DNA from: Mustelus asterias
Taxonomy: Eukaryota
NCBI RefSeq assembly: GCF_964213995.1
Contig: NW_027590151.1
Coordinates: 806,001-870,000, forward strand
DNA length: 64,000 bases
Direction: 5' to 3'
Shown: in pieces, positions 47,085 to 59,976 of the stretch
Layout of the letters: every line of letters begins with the position of its first letter
How positions within the stretch are numbered: the first letter of the stretch is position 1
Program-made: the position numbers and the translations under genes
Notes under the pieces: generated by a model
Seen by the model: only the letters and a program-made list of their open reading frames with translations
Databases searched by the model: none
Told to the model about the DNA's origin: nothing

Positions 47085-48622
47085 GAAGGCACGCCCTGTC
47101 TACATCAACGGTGACAAAGTGGAAATGGTTGAGAGCTCAAGTTTCTCGGTGTTCAGATCACAACAACCTGTCCTGGTCCCTCGAAACTGCTGCTTAAGTT
47201 AAGAAAGCCCACCAACGCCTCGACTTTCTCAGGAGGCTAAGGAAATTCGACATGCCAACATGTCAGCTACGACTCTCACCAATTTTTACAGGGACACCAC
47301 AAAAAGCATCCCATCCAGCTGTATCACAGCTTGGTATTGCTGCTGCTCTGACCAAGAGCGCAAGAAGCTACAAGGGGTGTGAATGTGGCCCAGTCCATCA
47401 CGCAAATCAGCCTCTTATCCATTGACACTGTCTACATTTCCTATTGCCTCAGAAAAGCAGCCAGCATAATCAAGGACCCCACGTATCCTGGACATTCTCT
47501 TTTCTCTCTTCTTCCGTCGGGAAAAAGATACAAAAGTCTGAGGTCACACACCAACTGACTCAAGAACAGCTTCTTCCCTGCTGCCACCAGACTTTTACAA
47601 ACAAAGAACAAAGAAAATTACAGCACAGGAACAGGCCCTTCGACCTTTCAAGCCTGCACCGACCATGCTGCCCGACTGAACTAAAACCCCCGACCCTTCC
47701 GGGAACCATATCCCTCCATTCCCATCCTATTCATGTATTTGTCAAGATGCCCCTTAAAAGTCACTGTCATATCTGCTTCCACTATCTCCCCCGGCAGCAA
47801 GTTCCAGGCACCCACCACCCTCTGTGTAAAAAACCTGCCTCATACATCTCCATTAAACCTTGCCCCTCACACATTAAACTTGTGTCCCCTAGTAAGTGAC
47901 TCTTCCATCCTGGGAAAAACTTTCTGATATCCACTCTGTCCATGCGGCATGGTAGCATAGTGGTTAGCACCACTGCTTCACAGCTCCAGGGACCCGGGTT
48001 CGATTCCCGGCTTTGGTTACTGTCTGTGTGGAGTTTGCACATTCTCCTCGTGTCTGCGTGGGTTTCCTCCCACAGTCCAAAGATGTGCAGGTTAGGTTGA
48101 TTGGCCGTGCTAAAATTGCCCCTTAGTGTCCCAAGATGCGTAGGTTAGAGGGATTAATGGGTAAATATGTAGGGATGTGGGGGTAGGGCCTGGGTGGGAT
48201 TGTGGTTGATGCAGACTCGATGGGCCAAATGGCCTCTTTCTGCACTGTTGGGTTTCTATGATTCTGCGCCCCTCATAATCTTGTAGACTTCTGTCAGGTC
48301 GCCCCCTCAACCTCCATCGTTCCAGTGAGAACAAACCAAGTTTCTCCAACCTCTCCTCATAACTAGTGCCCTCCATACCAGGCAACATCCTGGTAAATCT
48401 TTTCTGTACCCTCTCCAAAGCCTCCTCCTTTTGAATGGACCTACCTCATATTAAGCTGATCTTTCTCTTCACCCTTTCTGTAACTGTCACACTATATTCT
48501 GCACTCTCTCCTTTCCTACTCCCCTATGTACTCTATGAACAGTATGCTTTGTCTGTACACCGCGCAAGAAACAATACTTTTCACTGTATCCCAGTACATG
48601 TGACAATAATAAATCAAATCAA
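47085..48622 (+). mobile_element. Rex1/Babar-type LINE 3' part, split by CR1 (47597-48425, minus), which itself contains an HE1 SINE (47944-48264, plus)
   Basis: KKAHQRLDFLRRLRKF motif and (AATCA)n tail; inner CR1 ERVQKRFTRMLPG; SINE consensus. Confidence 0.75.
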
Positions 48623-48699
48623 ACCCATTGCTGCATGTCCTTCCTGAAGCCACATTTGTCCAGTGGGACCTGGCCCCGGGAGAAAGCGCTGCAGCTGCC

Positions 48700-49350
48700 G
48701 TTGTGTTGGGTGTTGAGGCGGTGCCGCTAGTTCCTTATTGGGGGTGTTGAAGCCTCCACTGGGTGTGTGGAGCCTCCCCTCCCACCCACTGCCCCTAACG
48801 CTGCCTCCGCTTATCCGCCTCCTTCCCGCCTGAAGATCAGACAAACAAGCGCCTGTCCCTGGACATGAGCCGCACTGCGCATGCCCAACGTCACAATGCC
48901 CGGGGACTGATTGACGGCGGCTCCGGGCCAATAGGGAAAGGGGGCGGGGCTGGAGGACTGGGCGGGAGAGGCTGGTCCTCCAACCAGAGTGAATAGGGGA
49001 GGGGTCTGAAGCATGCGCAGTGCGGGTAATGGCGGCGGACGGACGGTTTTAACTTGGAGCCGAGATCAGTTCAAGGTAGAGAACGGCGCGCAGGGAGCGA
49101 TGAATGTGGCGGGTGGGTGGAGAGGCTTCGTAAACATGTTGTTCAAATCCAAACTTCGGAAAATAACTTCTCGGGCGTCCTGTTGGTACCAAATTGGAGG
49201 CAACTTGTCGTGTTGGGCCTGGGCTGACGGCCGCCAATCTGTCGTTGGCAATGTCCATCAGTGCGCATGTGCGGCCGGCATCTTTGTCAGGGGCGAAGTG
49301 TCGCAGCGGGCAGGCGCGGAAGCCATATTTGTAGGGGGCAGCAGGGCGCA
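48700..49350. promoter_or_regulatory. Bidirectional CpG-island promoter P4 (locus 8 <- -> locus 9)
   Basis: Reverse-complement paralog of ~23270-23770; NRF1-type sites (48876, 49010, 49262), CCAAT, GGGGCGGGG, AATGGCGG. Confidence 0.7.
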
Positions 49351-49729
49351 GGAGCGGCGACCTTTGTGACCTGAACCCCCTGCAGTACATGTGGTGTAGG
49401 TACATCCACACTGCTGGTAGGGAGGGAATTCCAGCATTTTGTCCCAGCGACTGCGAAGGAATTGCGATGTATTTCCAAGTCAGGATGGTGAGTGACTTGG
49501 AGGGGAGTTTGCAGCTGGTGGTGTTCCCATGCCTCTGTTGCCTTTGTCCTTTTAGATGGAAGTGGTTGTGTGTTTGGAAGGTGCTGTCTAAGGACCTTTG
49601 GTGAATTCTTGCAGTGCGTCTTGTAGATAGTACACACGGCTGCCACTGAGCTTCGGTGAGAGGAACTTGTTCCCCATTGTTCAGAATGGAGACAACTTGT
49701 CCATCAAACTGCATAAACCCTGTAAGGAT

Positions 49730-51697
49730 GAAGAATAAGTATGGCAAGTTTTGGGACCCTTGGATAACAAGTGATATTGTGAGCTGAGTCAAAGAGAAAA
49801 AGGAAGCATTTGTCAAGGCTAGGAGGCTGGGAACACACAAAGCAAGTGTGGAATATAAAGAAATTAGAAAGAAACTTAAGCAAGGAGTGAGGAGGGATAA
49901 AAGGGGTCATGAAAAATCATTGGCCAGCAGGATTAAGGAAAATTCCAAGGCTTTTTATACATATATAAAGAGCAAGAGGGTAGCCAGGGAGAGGGTTGGC
50001 CCACTCAAGGACAAGGGAGGGAATCTATGCATGGAGCCAGAGGAAATGGGCGAGGTATTAAATTAGTACTTTGCGTCAGTATTCACCAAAGAGAAGGACT
50101 TGGTGGGTGATGAATCCGGGAAAGGGTGTGTAGATAGTTTGAGTCATGTTGAGATCAAGAAGGAGGTGGTATTGGGACTCTTGAGAAACATTAAGGTCGA
50201 CAAGTCCCCAGGGCCTGATGGGATATACCCCAAAATACTGAGAGAAGCAAGGGAGGAAATTGCTGGGGTCTTGAGAGAAATCTTTGTATCCTCACTGGCT
50301 ACAGGGGAGGTCCCAGCGGATTGGAGAATAGCCAATGTTGTTCCTTTGTTTAAGAAGGGTAGCAAGAATAATCCAGGTAATTACAGGCCGGTGAGCCTTA
50401 CATCAGTGGTAGGGAAATTATTGGAGAGGATTCTTCAAGATAGGATTTACTCCCACTTGGAAATAAGTGGACTTATTAGCAAGAGGCAACCTGGTTTTGT
50501 GAAGGGGAGGTCAGGTCTCTCTAACTTGATCGGGTTTTTCGAGGAAGTGACGAAGATGATTAATGAGGGTAGGGCAGTGGATGTTGTCTACATGGAGTTC
50601 AGAAAGGCCTTTGACAAGGTCCCTCATGGCAGACTGGTGCAGAAAGTGAAATCACATGGGATCAGAGTGAGCTGGCAAGGTGGATACAGAACTGGCTTGG
50701 TCATAGATGACAGAGGGTAGCAGTGGAAGGGTGCATTTCTGAATGGAGGGCTGTGACAAGTAGCGTTCATCGGGGATCAGTGCTGGGACCTTTGCTGTTT
50801 TTATATATATATATATATATATAATATATATATATATATGGATTTGTGGATTGCGATGAGGACCATCAGAGGATACAGCAGAATATAGATCGGTCGGAGG
50901 AGACTTGGGCGGACAGATGGCAGATGGAGTTTAATCCGGACAAATGTGAGGTAATGCATTTTGGAAAGTTTAATAAAGATAGGAAATGTACAGTAAATGG
51001 CAGAACCCTTAAGAGTATCGATAGGCAGAGGGATCTGGGTGTACAGGTACACAGGTCACTGAAAGTGGCAACGCATGTGGAGAAGGTAGTCAAGAAGACA
51101 TGCGGCATGCGTATGTCTTCATCGACCGGGGCATTGAGTTTTAAAAATTGGCAAGTCATGTTGCAGCTTTATAGAACCTTAGTTAGGCAGCACTTGGAAT
51201 CTAGTGTTCAATTCTGGTCGCCACACTACCCGAAGGGTGTGGAGGTTTTGGAGAGGGTACAGAAAAGATTTACCAGGATGTTGCCTGGTGTGGAGGGCAT
51301 TAGCTACGAGGAGAGGTTGGAGAAACTTGGTTTTGTTCTCACTGGAACGACAGAGGTTGAGGAGTGACCTGATAGAAGTCGACAAGATTGAGGGGCATGG
51401 ACAGAGTGGATAGTCAGAAGCTTTTTCTCAGGGTGGAAGAGTCAAATACTGGGGGGCACAGGTTGAAGGTGTGAGGGGCAAGGTTTAAAGGAGATGTACG
51501 ATGCAAGGTTTTTACAGAGGGTGGTGGGTGCCTGGAACTTGCTGCCGGGGGAGGTAATGGAAGCAGATACGATAGTGAGTTTTAAGGGGCATCTGGATAA
51601 ATACATGAATAGGATGGGAATAGAGGGATATGATCCCCGGAAGGATAAGGGATTTTAGTTCAGTTGGGCAGCATGGTCGGTGCAGGCTTGGAGGGCC
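49730..51697 (+). mobile_element. Decayed CR1 ORF2 with an internal (TA)n microsatellite (50801-50838)
   Basis: KSPGPDGIYP, GNYRPVSLTS, WQMEFNPDKC; tail (TTCTTTG)n. Confidence 0.9.
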
Positions 51698-51847
51698 AAA
51701 GGGCCTGTTCCTGTGCAGTATTTTTCTTTGTTCTTTGCTCTCTGAGTCCCACTGTCTTATTGATCAGACAGAGCGGTGGCAGCGCAGGAAAGAAAAGGAA
51801 ACAAATCCTGCTCTCCGAATCCCACTCCCTCATGGAACGTCCTAGCA

Positions 51848-53092
51848 TCATAGAATTCCTACAGAGCAGAAGGAGGCCATTTGGCCATCGAGGCTGCATC
51901 AACTACAATCCCATCAAGGACCTATCCCCATAACCCTATACATTTACCCTGGCTAGTCCCCCTGACAGTAAGGGACAATTTAGCATGGCCAATCCACCTA
52001 ATCCGGACATCTTTTTGGCTAAGTATTTATAGATCTGTGGGTTTGTTCAGTCACATGAAGAACCATGGTGAAACTCACGACCCTAAGTAGACGCGAGCAT
52101 CACGGTGGCACAGTGGTTAGCACTTCTGCCTCACAGTGCCAGGGATCCAGTTTCCGTTCCTGGCTTGGGTGACTTAAGTTAATTTATTTATTAGTGTCAC
52201 AAGTAAGCTTACTTTAACACTGCAAATTAATTACTGTGAAATTCTGTGGAGTTCATACGTTCTCCTCGCATCTGTGTGGGTTTCCTCCGGGTGCTCCAGT
52301 TTCCCCCCCACAGTCCGAAGATGTGCAGGTTAGGTGGATTGACCATGATAAATTTCCCCTTAGTTTCCCAAGATGTGGAGATAAGGGGACTTGGCTAAGA
52401 TAAATCTGTGAGGCTACGGGGATAGCTCATAGAATCATAGAGGTTTACAGCATGGAAACAGGCCCTTCGGCCCAATTTGTCCATGCCGCCCTTTTTTTTA
52501 AAACCCCTAAGCCAGTCCCAATTGCCTGCATTTGGCCCATATCCCTCTATACCCATCTTACCCATGGAACTGTCTAAACGCTTTTTAAAAGACAAAATTG
52601 TACCCGCCTCTACTACTACCTCTGGCAGCTAGTTCCAGACACTCACCACCCTCTGCGTGAAAAAATTGCCCCTCTGGACCCTTTTGTATCTCTCCCCTCT
52701 CACCTTTAACCTATGCCCTCTCGTTTTAGATTCCCTTACCTTTGGGAAAAGATATTATCGATCTAGCTGATCTATGCCCCTCATTATTTTATAGACCTCT
52801 ATAAGACCACCCTTCTGCTTCCTACGCTCCAGAGAAAAAAGTCCCAGTCTATCCAGCCTCTCCTTCTAACTCAAACCACCAAGTCCCGTTAGCATCCGAG
52901 TAAATCATTCTTCCTAGTTTAATAATATCCTTTCTATAATAGGGTGACCAGAACTGTGCACAGTATTCCAAGTGTGGGCCTTACCAATGTCTTGAGTGGG
53001 CAAGAGGGCCTGGGTAAAGTACTCTGTCAGAGAGTCAGTGTCGACTCAATGGGTCGAATGGCCTCCTCCTGCACTGTAGGGATTCGATGATG
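51848..53092. mobile_element. SINE/LINE stack: HE1 3' half (minus, 51848-52015) and HE1 (plus, 52097-53092) interrupted by a second-family SINE tail and a CR1 3' fragment (minus, 52427-52993)
   Basis: Consensus matches; the CR1 piece is the same subfamily as 18297-19138. Confidence 0.75.
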
Positions 53093-53603
53093 ATAAATAT
53101 CATCCTCAAATTGAGGGACTGTTGACAATGACGACAATCAAGGTGCAACAGGGAGTTAGTGTGGATATCCTGGTCTTAGGAGAATCTGTTAAAATCCTGG
53201 TTTATTTGTACAAATATAAAATCCCTCTCCTCTGTTCTGCTCCCAAATCCTCTCTCACTTTCCTCCCCTCAAAGAGGACAGAGTCTTGTGAAGACCCAGA
53301 CCGTGTGGCAGCTTCCCTTCCCTGAAGAACATCAGTGAGTCAGTTGTGTTTTATATGACAATCCAGCAGTTTTTATGGTCACTCTTTCCCAGTGCCGGCC
53401 CCACAAATTACTGCATTCATTCAGCTCCATTTCACAACCTGTTTTTGTGGGTTCTCTCTCACTCACTCTTTTCTGTTTTAAATCAGTTTTATAGGGTCTT
53501 CAAAGGGGAAGGTTTGTATTCGGGAGACGGGAAACCAAACATCACATCAGGATCTGACAAAGTTGCCCAAGTTATTGTAATTGAATATCATCGAGTATTG
53601 AAC

Positions 53604-54359
53604 ATGGAAGGAAAAAGCACCGTTCAGAGTGGGGAGAAACCGTACACCTGTTCTGTGTGTGGACGAGGCTTCAGTCGATCCTCAGGCTTGTCGCAACATA
53701 AATGTCTTCACACTTGGAAGGAGTCATTTTGTTCCCCATCTGAGCTGGAAATCCATCAACGCACTAACGCTGAGAAACCTTTCACTTGCTCCGAGTGTGG
53801 GAAGGGATTCAGTGATTTATCCAGCCTGCTGAGACACCGGCGAGTTCACACTGGGGAGAGGCCATTCAGCTGTACTGTGTGTGGGAAAGGATTCAATGAT
53901 TTATCCAACCAGTTGAAGCACCAGCGAGTTCACGCTTTGGAGAAACCATTCACCTGCCCCAAGTGTGGGAAAGGATTCACTGATTCATCCAACATGTTGA
54001 GACATCAGCGAGTTCACGCAGACAAGAGACCATTTAAATGTCAGGAATGTGGGAAGGGCTTTAAAGGTTCTGAGGATCTGATGTGCCATCAGCGAGTTCA
54101 CTCTGACGAGAGACCTTTCCAATGTCTGGACTGTGGGAAGTGTTATAAAAGACGCTGGGATCTGATTTGCCATCAGCGAGTTCACTCTGACGAGATACCG
54201 TTCAGGTGCTCCAGCTGTGGGACTGGGTTCAGGCAGTCATCTGAACTCACTGTACACCAGCGCACTCACACCAAGAAAAGACCATTCACCTGCTCCGAAT
54301 GTGGAAAGGGATTCACTCGGTCATCCTACCTGCTGAGACACCAGCAACTTCATGTGTGA
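53604..54359 (+). CDS. C2H2 zinc-finger protein, 8 complete fingers plus one half finger, 251 aa (ZNF locus 9, type B), intact
   Basis: aacATGgaa start ([14 protein letters not shown]); acceptor TTTATAG| at 53494; frame open from the acceptor. Confidence 0.85.
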   Translation: MEGKSTVQSGEKPYTCSVCGRGFSRSSGLSQHKCLHTWKESFCSPSELEIHQRTNAEKPFTCSECGKGFSDLSSLLRHRRVHTGERPFSCTVCGKGFNDLSNQLKHQRVHALEKPFTCPKCGKGFTDSSNMLRHQRVHADKRPFKCQECGKGFKGSEDLMCHQRVHSDERPFQCLDCGKCYKRRWDLICHQRVHSDEIPFRCSSCGTGFRQSSELTVHQRTHTKKRPFTCSECGKGFTRSSYLLRHQQLHV

Positions 54360-54549
54360 CTACAGTGACTGGATTTTGCTGTTAATCACATCCAGGACTG
54401 AACCGTGTTCATTGGGGTCTGTTTCTGCTCCTATTTCTAAACTCCAGCCCAGTTACAGGGGCTAATATTTTTGCTTTGAAAAAATAGTTTGTGTAAAGTA
54501 CACTGTGCTGAATCTTTTTAATAGCTGTTACAAGTTAGTTCCTGTTAAA

Positions 54550-56215
54550 ATTCTCACCCCCTCCCCTGTCTCCTCCATCCTCACCTCCAACAACAAGTGT
54601 GAGGAGCTCAAAGAGCTTTTTGTCACTAAGATTGAGGCAATCTGATCAGCTGCCTCTGCTGCTTCCCTCTCACACTCGGCCAAACTGTCCTCCACTCAGT
54701 CTGGAACTCGCATCTTTTTCCAGTTTCCCTCCCATCTCTCCCTTCTGTCCTGTCGGACTCAGCTTGTCCATGACATTCCCCCCGATCTCCCACTATGTTC
54801 CATTGACCTTATTCCTACGAAGCTGTTGACCATTCACCTCCTCCATATTAATCAATACTGTTTACAGTTCTCATTCTCTTCTAGTCCTCGCCTTCTCACC
54901 TTTAAATCCATTGTCACCACACACTCTGAAAAAACAATCTTTGACCTCTCCAACCTCCTTTTCCTCTCCAAAGCCCCTGAACTAGGTGTCCCCCGAGGAT
55001 CTATCCTTGGCCCCTCCTATTTCCCATCTCCAAGCTGCCACTGGGTGACATCATCCAAAAGCACTGTGTTGGTTTTCACCTGTACACTGACAACACCCAG
55101 CTCTACCTCACCCCCATCCCCCTCCATTCCTCCACTGTTACTAAATTAACAAACTGCTTCTCCCACATACATTACTGGATGAGCAGAAATTCCTTCCAGT
55201 TAAAAATTGGGAAGATCAGTCACCACTACAATTCCCTAACTACTGAGTCCATCCCTCTCCCTGGGAACTGTCTGAGGCTGAACCACATTCTTCACAATCT
55301 CCGTGCCAGATTTGATGTCAAGATGAGTTTCTGACCACATTTCCACCCCATCACTGATCCCAGATATTTCAATCTCCATAATGTCGCCTGTCTCCACCCC
55401 ACCTGCTGCTGAAACCCTCATCCATACCCGTGTTACCCTTAAACTGGATGATTCCAATCCATTCCTGACCAGCCTCTCTCACTCACCCCACCCCCACATT
55501 AAACATGTCTTTTTTATTCATTTGTGGACCGTGGGCATCGCTGGCTGGCCAGCAATAATTCTCCATCCCTAATTGGCCCTGGAGGGCAGTTGAGGGTCAG
55601 CCAACATTGCTGTGGGTCTGGAGTCACATGTAGGCCAGACCAGGTAAGGTCAGCAGATTTCCTTCCCGAAAGGACGTTAGTGAACCAGATGGGTTTTTCC
55701 AACAATCGACAATAGTTTCATGGTCATCAGTAGATTCTTAATTCCAGATATTTTTTATTGAATTAAAATTCCACCACCTGCCGTGGCAGGATTCGAACCG
55801 GGGTCCCCAGAACATTGACAATAGTCTAGCGACAATACCACCAGCCCATCGCCTCCCCACATTTGTGATTATCCAAAACTCTGCTGCCCGTGTGCTGTTC
55901 ACCCATCACATCCTGTGCTCACTGAACTACATCGGGTTCACATCAGGTAATGCATTGATTTTAACATTTGCATCCTTGTTTTCAAATCCCTCCACGGCCT
56001 GTCCTTCCCAATCTCTAATCTCCAATAACACACCCTCTGAGATATCTGTGCTCTTCTCATTCTGGCCACTTGAACATCTCTGATTTTAATTACTCCATCA
56101 TTAATGTCTGTGTCCTGGTGTGAAGTTCTGAAATTCCCTCCCTAAACCTCTCCACCCCTCCATTCCCTCCCTCCTGATTAAAGATTCTCATTAAAATCTC
56201 CCACTCCTATCAAGC
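54550..56215 (+). mobile_element. Old L2-type LINE fragments
   Basis: C-rich; GVPRGSILGP, IQNSAARVL motifs. Confidence 0.65.
55510..55858 (-). mobile_element. tRNA-derived SINE (third family) nested in L2
   Basis: Minus-strand head GGGGAGGCGATGG...GGTTCGAATCC (B box), ending AATAAAAAA. Confidence 0.7.
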
Positions 56216-56536
56216 TTTGGACAGTATGTGGGGTTGTCGAGCTCTCCTGAGCTGAGATTGGAGCTGATTGAGCTGTGGGCCTGTAGTGGACCTCGACGAA
56301 CCGCTGTCTGGAATCTTTCCTCTCAATTCACTGACTCCCAGTGTGACTCAGTATTTTGTTACAAAATTCCTCTCAAGCACCTTGGGATGTTTTATTACAT
56401 TAAACGTGTTCTCTAAATACAAGTTGTTGTTGATCCCAGCAGTCAGTTTGTACACAGTAGGATTCCACAAACAGCAATCAGTCCAACTGATCAATCCATG
56501 GTGATGTTAGTTAAAACACAAATGTTGGTCCCACTG

Positions 56537-56847
56537 CACGGTGGCACAGTGGTTAGCACTGCTGCCTCGCAGCGCCAGGGACCCGGGTTCAATTCCGGCC
56601 TCAGGTCACTGTCTGTGTGGAGTTTGCACATTCTCCCCATGTCTGTGCGGGTTTCCCCCTGGTGCTCCGGTTTCCTCCCAAAGTCCATAGATGTGTGGGT
56701 TAGGTTGATTGGCCATGGTAAATTGACCCTAGTGTCAGCGGATTTGCAGGGTGGGGTTAGGGGATAGGGTCTGGGTGGGATTGTGGTCGGTGCAGACTCA
56801 ATAGGCTGAATGGCCTCCTTCTGCACTGTAGGGATTCTACGATTCTA
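56537..56847 (+). mobile_element. HE1-type V-SINE inserted into a DeuSINE-like relic
   Basis: Consensus match; flanks GATTCCACAAACAGCAAT...GGGGAACTCCCCTG resemble the Deu domain. Confidence 0.85.
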
Positions 56848-57169
56848 TACAGCAGGGGAACTCCCCTGTGGACAGTGTGTGGAGTTGTTGAGCTCTCCTG
56901 AGCTGAGACTGGAGCTGATTGAACTGTTGGGCCTGTTGTGGACTTTGAAGAGCCGCTGTCTGGAATCTTTCCTCTCAATTCACTGACTCCCAGCCGAAAT
57001 TGTTCCTGATCAGTCAAATAATTAACTCTGAAATCAATCCCTATTTAATCTTTGAAGCAAAATCTACAACCTTAAAACAGCTGTGAAAGAGAAATAAATT
57101 TCTTGTGAACTCTCAGAATATCCCAAAGTGATTCACAACGATAGATCTTGGAAGGAAGAATGAGGAGTG

Positions 57170-57770
57170 GCAGAATAAACGAAATGGGACAATTTTAAAC
57201 AGAGTGCAGGAACACAATGACCAGGCAGTGGATGTAAACAAATCCTTGACTGTGACAGGACAAGTTGATCAAGCTGTTTAAAGATAAAGCTAATGGGGTC
57301 CTCGGTTTATTAATGGAGACATGGATTACAAAAGTAAGGCAGTTATAGTGAATCTTTATAAATCACAGATTAATCCTCAGCAGAAATTGTGTGTTCAATT
57401 CTGATCACCGCACTCTGGGAAAGATGTCAAGGCCTTGGAGAGGGTGCAGAGAAAATTTCCCAGAATATCAGGGATGATGTCCTGTGGAGAGACTGGAGAA
57501 GCTGGGATTGTTCTCTTTAGAGCTGAGAAAGTTACAAAGTGATTTAATAGAGATGTGGACATTCCTGAGGCGTTTTCATCGACACGGAGAAATTGATTCA
57601 ATTGGGGGAATGTTTGGTAACTGCAGAACACAACTTTAAAATAATCAGCAAACAATCCAGGATGGAGATGAGGAGAGATTATTTTACTCAGTGAATGATA
57701 ATGATCTGGAACACATTATCTGAATGACAGGTGGAAACAGATGCAATAGTAACTTTCAAAAGTGATTTAG
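57170..57770 (+). mobile_element. Old CR1 3' fragment
   Basis: GCCTTGGAGAGGGTGCAGAG and related decayed motifs. Confidence 0.65.
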
Positions 57771-58510
57771 ACTAATCGCACTGCTTGTGTTTGACACATT
57801 TACAAACTACTCGGTGGCCATGGCAACACACACTCCATTTGTTGGTTCAGGGAGTTGAGTGGAATTTCCATTTTAAAGTGTCATCATTCATTGTACATCA
57901 GACCACATCTACAAACCTCTTTCTCACACTTCCAATGAAGAGGGACAAATGTGGATGGATGGATGGATCACTTTGAGAAATTCTTTACTGTCTAATGTGA
58001 TTTTCCCTCTCAACAGACCATTTATAAACCTTATTTCTGGGATCTTACGTCAATCACTTATTCAATTGTCCATTAGTCAGGGACATATTCTAGATAATCC
58101 GTCCTATTCCGATTGGATGTCCATGAAGTCATTTAGTGGCTCATCACTTGCTTGGACATCCTGTTCAATCTTTACTCAGACGGTTGGTTTACACGTGGGT
58201 CATGAGAACCCCACAACCCTATCAAATTCATCTTGTTTCAGGTTCTGTGCCAGTGACATGTCCTTGGCAGATATAACAGGCCGACACTGTCCTGTGTTTG
58301 TCAACCCAGGAAGCTTTCTTCATAAGTGAGAGAGATATTCCTATAATATTCAATACATTTCTAAATATTTTATCTCACAGTGATGCCTTACAGATCTCCG
58401 CACCCTGAGAAGGGAATAAAAGCAAAATACTGCAGAGGCTGGAATCTGAAACAAAAACAGAAAATGCTGGAAAATCTCAGTAAGTCTGACAGCATCACGA
58501 CCTTCGGACC

Positions 58511-58866
58511 TGCGTCTTGGAAGTGCAGCAGAGAGGGAGAGATTCGCGAGAGGAGTGCTGCGGGTAAGCGCTGTTATTTTTAACTTACTTTTTCGCGGGT
58601 TTTTTCTTTAAAAATATCTAAACCCGGAAGTGGTCGCGCAGGGAGGTCTGGGAGAGAGAGATTTTTTTTTTTTTAAAAAGTTACTCACCTCAGTGAATCG
58701 GCCTCATTGCGTCTTGGAAGTGCAGCAGAGAGGGAGAGATTCGCGAGAGGAGTGCTGCGGGTAAGCGCTGTTATTTTTAACTTACTTTTTCGCGGGTTTT
58801 TTCTTTAAAAATATCTAAACCCGGAAGTGGTCGCGCAGGGAGGTCTGGGAGAGAGAGATTTTTTTT
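58511..58866 (+). repeat. Two identical ~158-bp 5' UTR monomers (offset 197 bp)
   Basis: 58511-58669 matches 58708-58866; each has CCGGAAGT and CGG|GTAAG. Confidence 0.9.
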
Positions 58867-59053
58867 TCCCCAATAAATTGGAACAGAGAGGAATCCCGAT
58901 ACTCTACACTTGTAGAGTATCCCACCCTCCCTCCTCCTCTAACCTAAAAAAAAAGACCCAGTGAGAGCAGGGCTTTGGAGAAAACAGGAGGAGGAAAGGT
59001 AAGTTTAAAATTTTCATTCACTTTTTTTTCCCTGTGTGTTTAAAGGGGCAATT

Positions 59054-59971
59054 ATGAGTGTGAGGCCAGTATGTTGTTCCCAATGTAGGATGTGGGAGGT
59101 CCTGGAGGCTCCTAGCCTCCCGGACGACCATATCTGTGCTGGGTGTGTTGAGCTGCGGTTCCTAAGGGAACATGTTAGGGAACTGGAATTGCAGCTCGAG
59201 GACCTTCGCCGGGTTAGGGATAGTGAGGAGGTCATTGACAGGAGCTATCGGCAGGTGGTCACACCGGGACCATGGGAGGAGGGTAACTGGGTAACAGTGA
59301 GGAAGGAGAAAGCTCAGTTGATGGTGAGCACCCCGGTGGATGTGCCCCTTAATAATAAATACTCCTGTCTGAGTACTAATGGGGTGGACAGCCCACCTGG
59401 GGGAAGCAGCGTTGGCAGTGTCTCTGGAGCTGAGCCTGGCCCAGTAGTGCAAAAGGGTAAGGAAAGGAGGGTAGTGCTAACTGGGGACTCTACGGTGAGG
59501 GGGTCAGATAGGCGTTTTTGCGGACACAGACGGGACTCTCGGATGGTGGTTTGCCTCCCTGGTGCAGGGGTCCGGGATGTCTCTGGTCGAGTCCCAGAAA
59601 TCCTGAAGGGGGAGGGAGAGGAGCCGAAGGTCGTGATGCATATAGGTACTGCTGACATAGGTAGGAAGAGGGAAGGGGTCATGAAAAGAGAATATAGGGA
59701 GTTAGGTAGACAGCTGAGAAAGAGGAATGCAAAGGTAGTAATCTCGGGATTGCTGCCTGTGCCGCGGGAGAGTGAGAACAGGAATCGGTGGAGAATGAAT
59801 GCGTGGCTGAGGGACTGGAGCAAGGGACAAGGATTTGGGTACTTGGATCATTGGGACCTCTTTAGGGGCAGGTGTGACCTGTTTAAAAAAGACGGGTGGC
59901 ACTTGAATCCCAGGGGGACCAATATCCTGGCGGGAAGGTTGGCTAAGGCTACTGGAGAGACTTTAAACTAG
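59054..59971 (+). CDS. CR1 ORF1, 305 aa: Cys zinc-binding motif, coiled coil, SGNH esterase-like domain
   Basis: CSQC..CAGC, LREHVRELELQLEDLRR, LTGDS, HIGTAD, DGWHLN. Confidence 0.92.
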   Translation: MSVRPVCCSQCRMWEVLEAPSLPDDHICAGCVELRFLREHVRELELQLEDLRRVRDSEEVIDRSYRQVVTPGPWEEGNWVTVRKEKAQLMVSTPVDVPLNNKYSCLSTNGVDSPPGGSSVGSVSGAEPGPVVQKGKERRVVLTGDSTVRGSDRRFCGHRRDSRMVVCLPGAGVRDVSGRVPEILKGEGEEPKVVMHIGTADIGRKREGVMKREYRELGRQLRKRNAKVVISGLLPVPRESENRNRWRMNAWLRDWSKGQGFGYLDHWDLFRGRCDLFKKDGWHLNPRGTNILAGRLAKATGETLN

Positions 59972-59976
59972 AAAGG

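Noticed and set aside
53346-53494. Hydrophobic N-terminal extension of the 337-aa ORF
   Set aside because: GTG start in intronic, SINE-derived and polypyrimidine sequence upstream of the acceptor; homologous regions of loci 3, 4 and 6 are not open in the finger frame.
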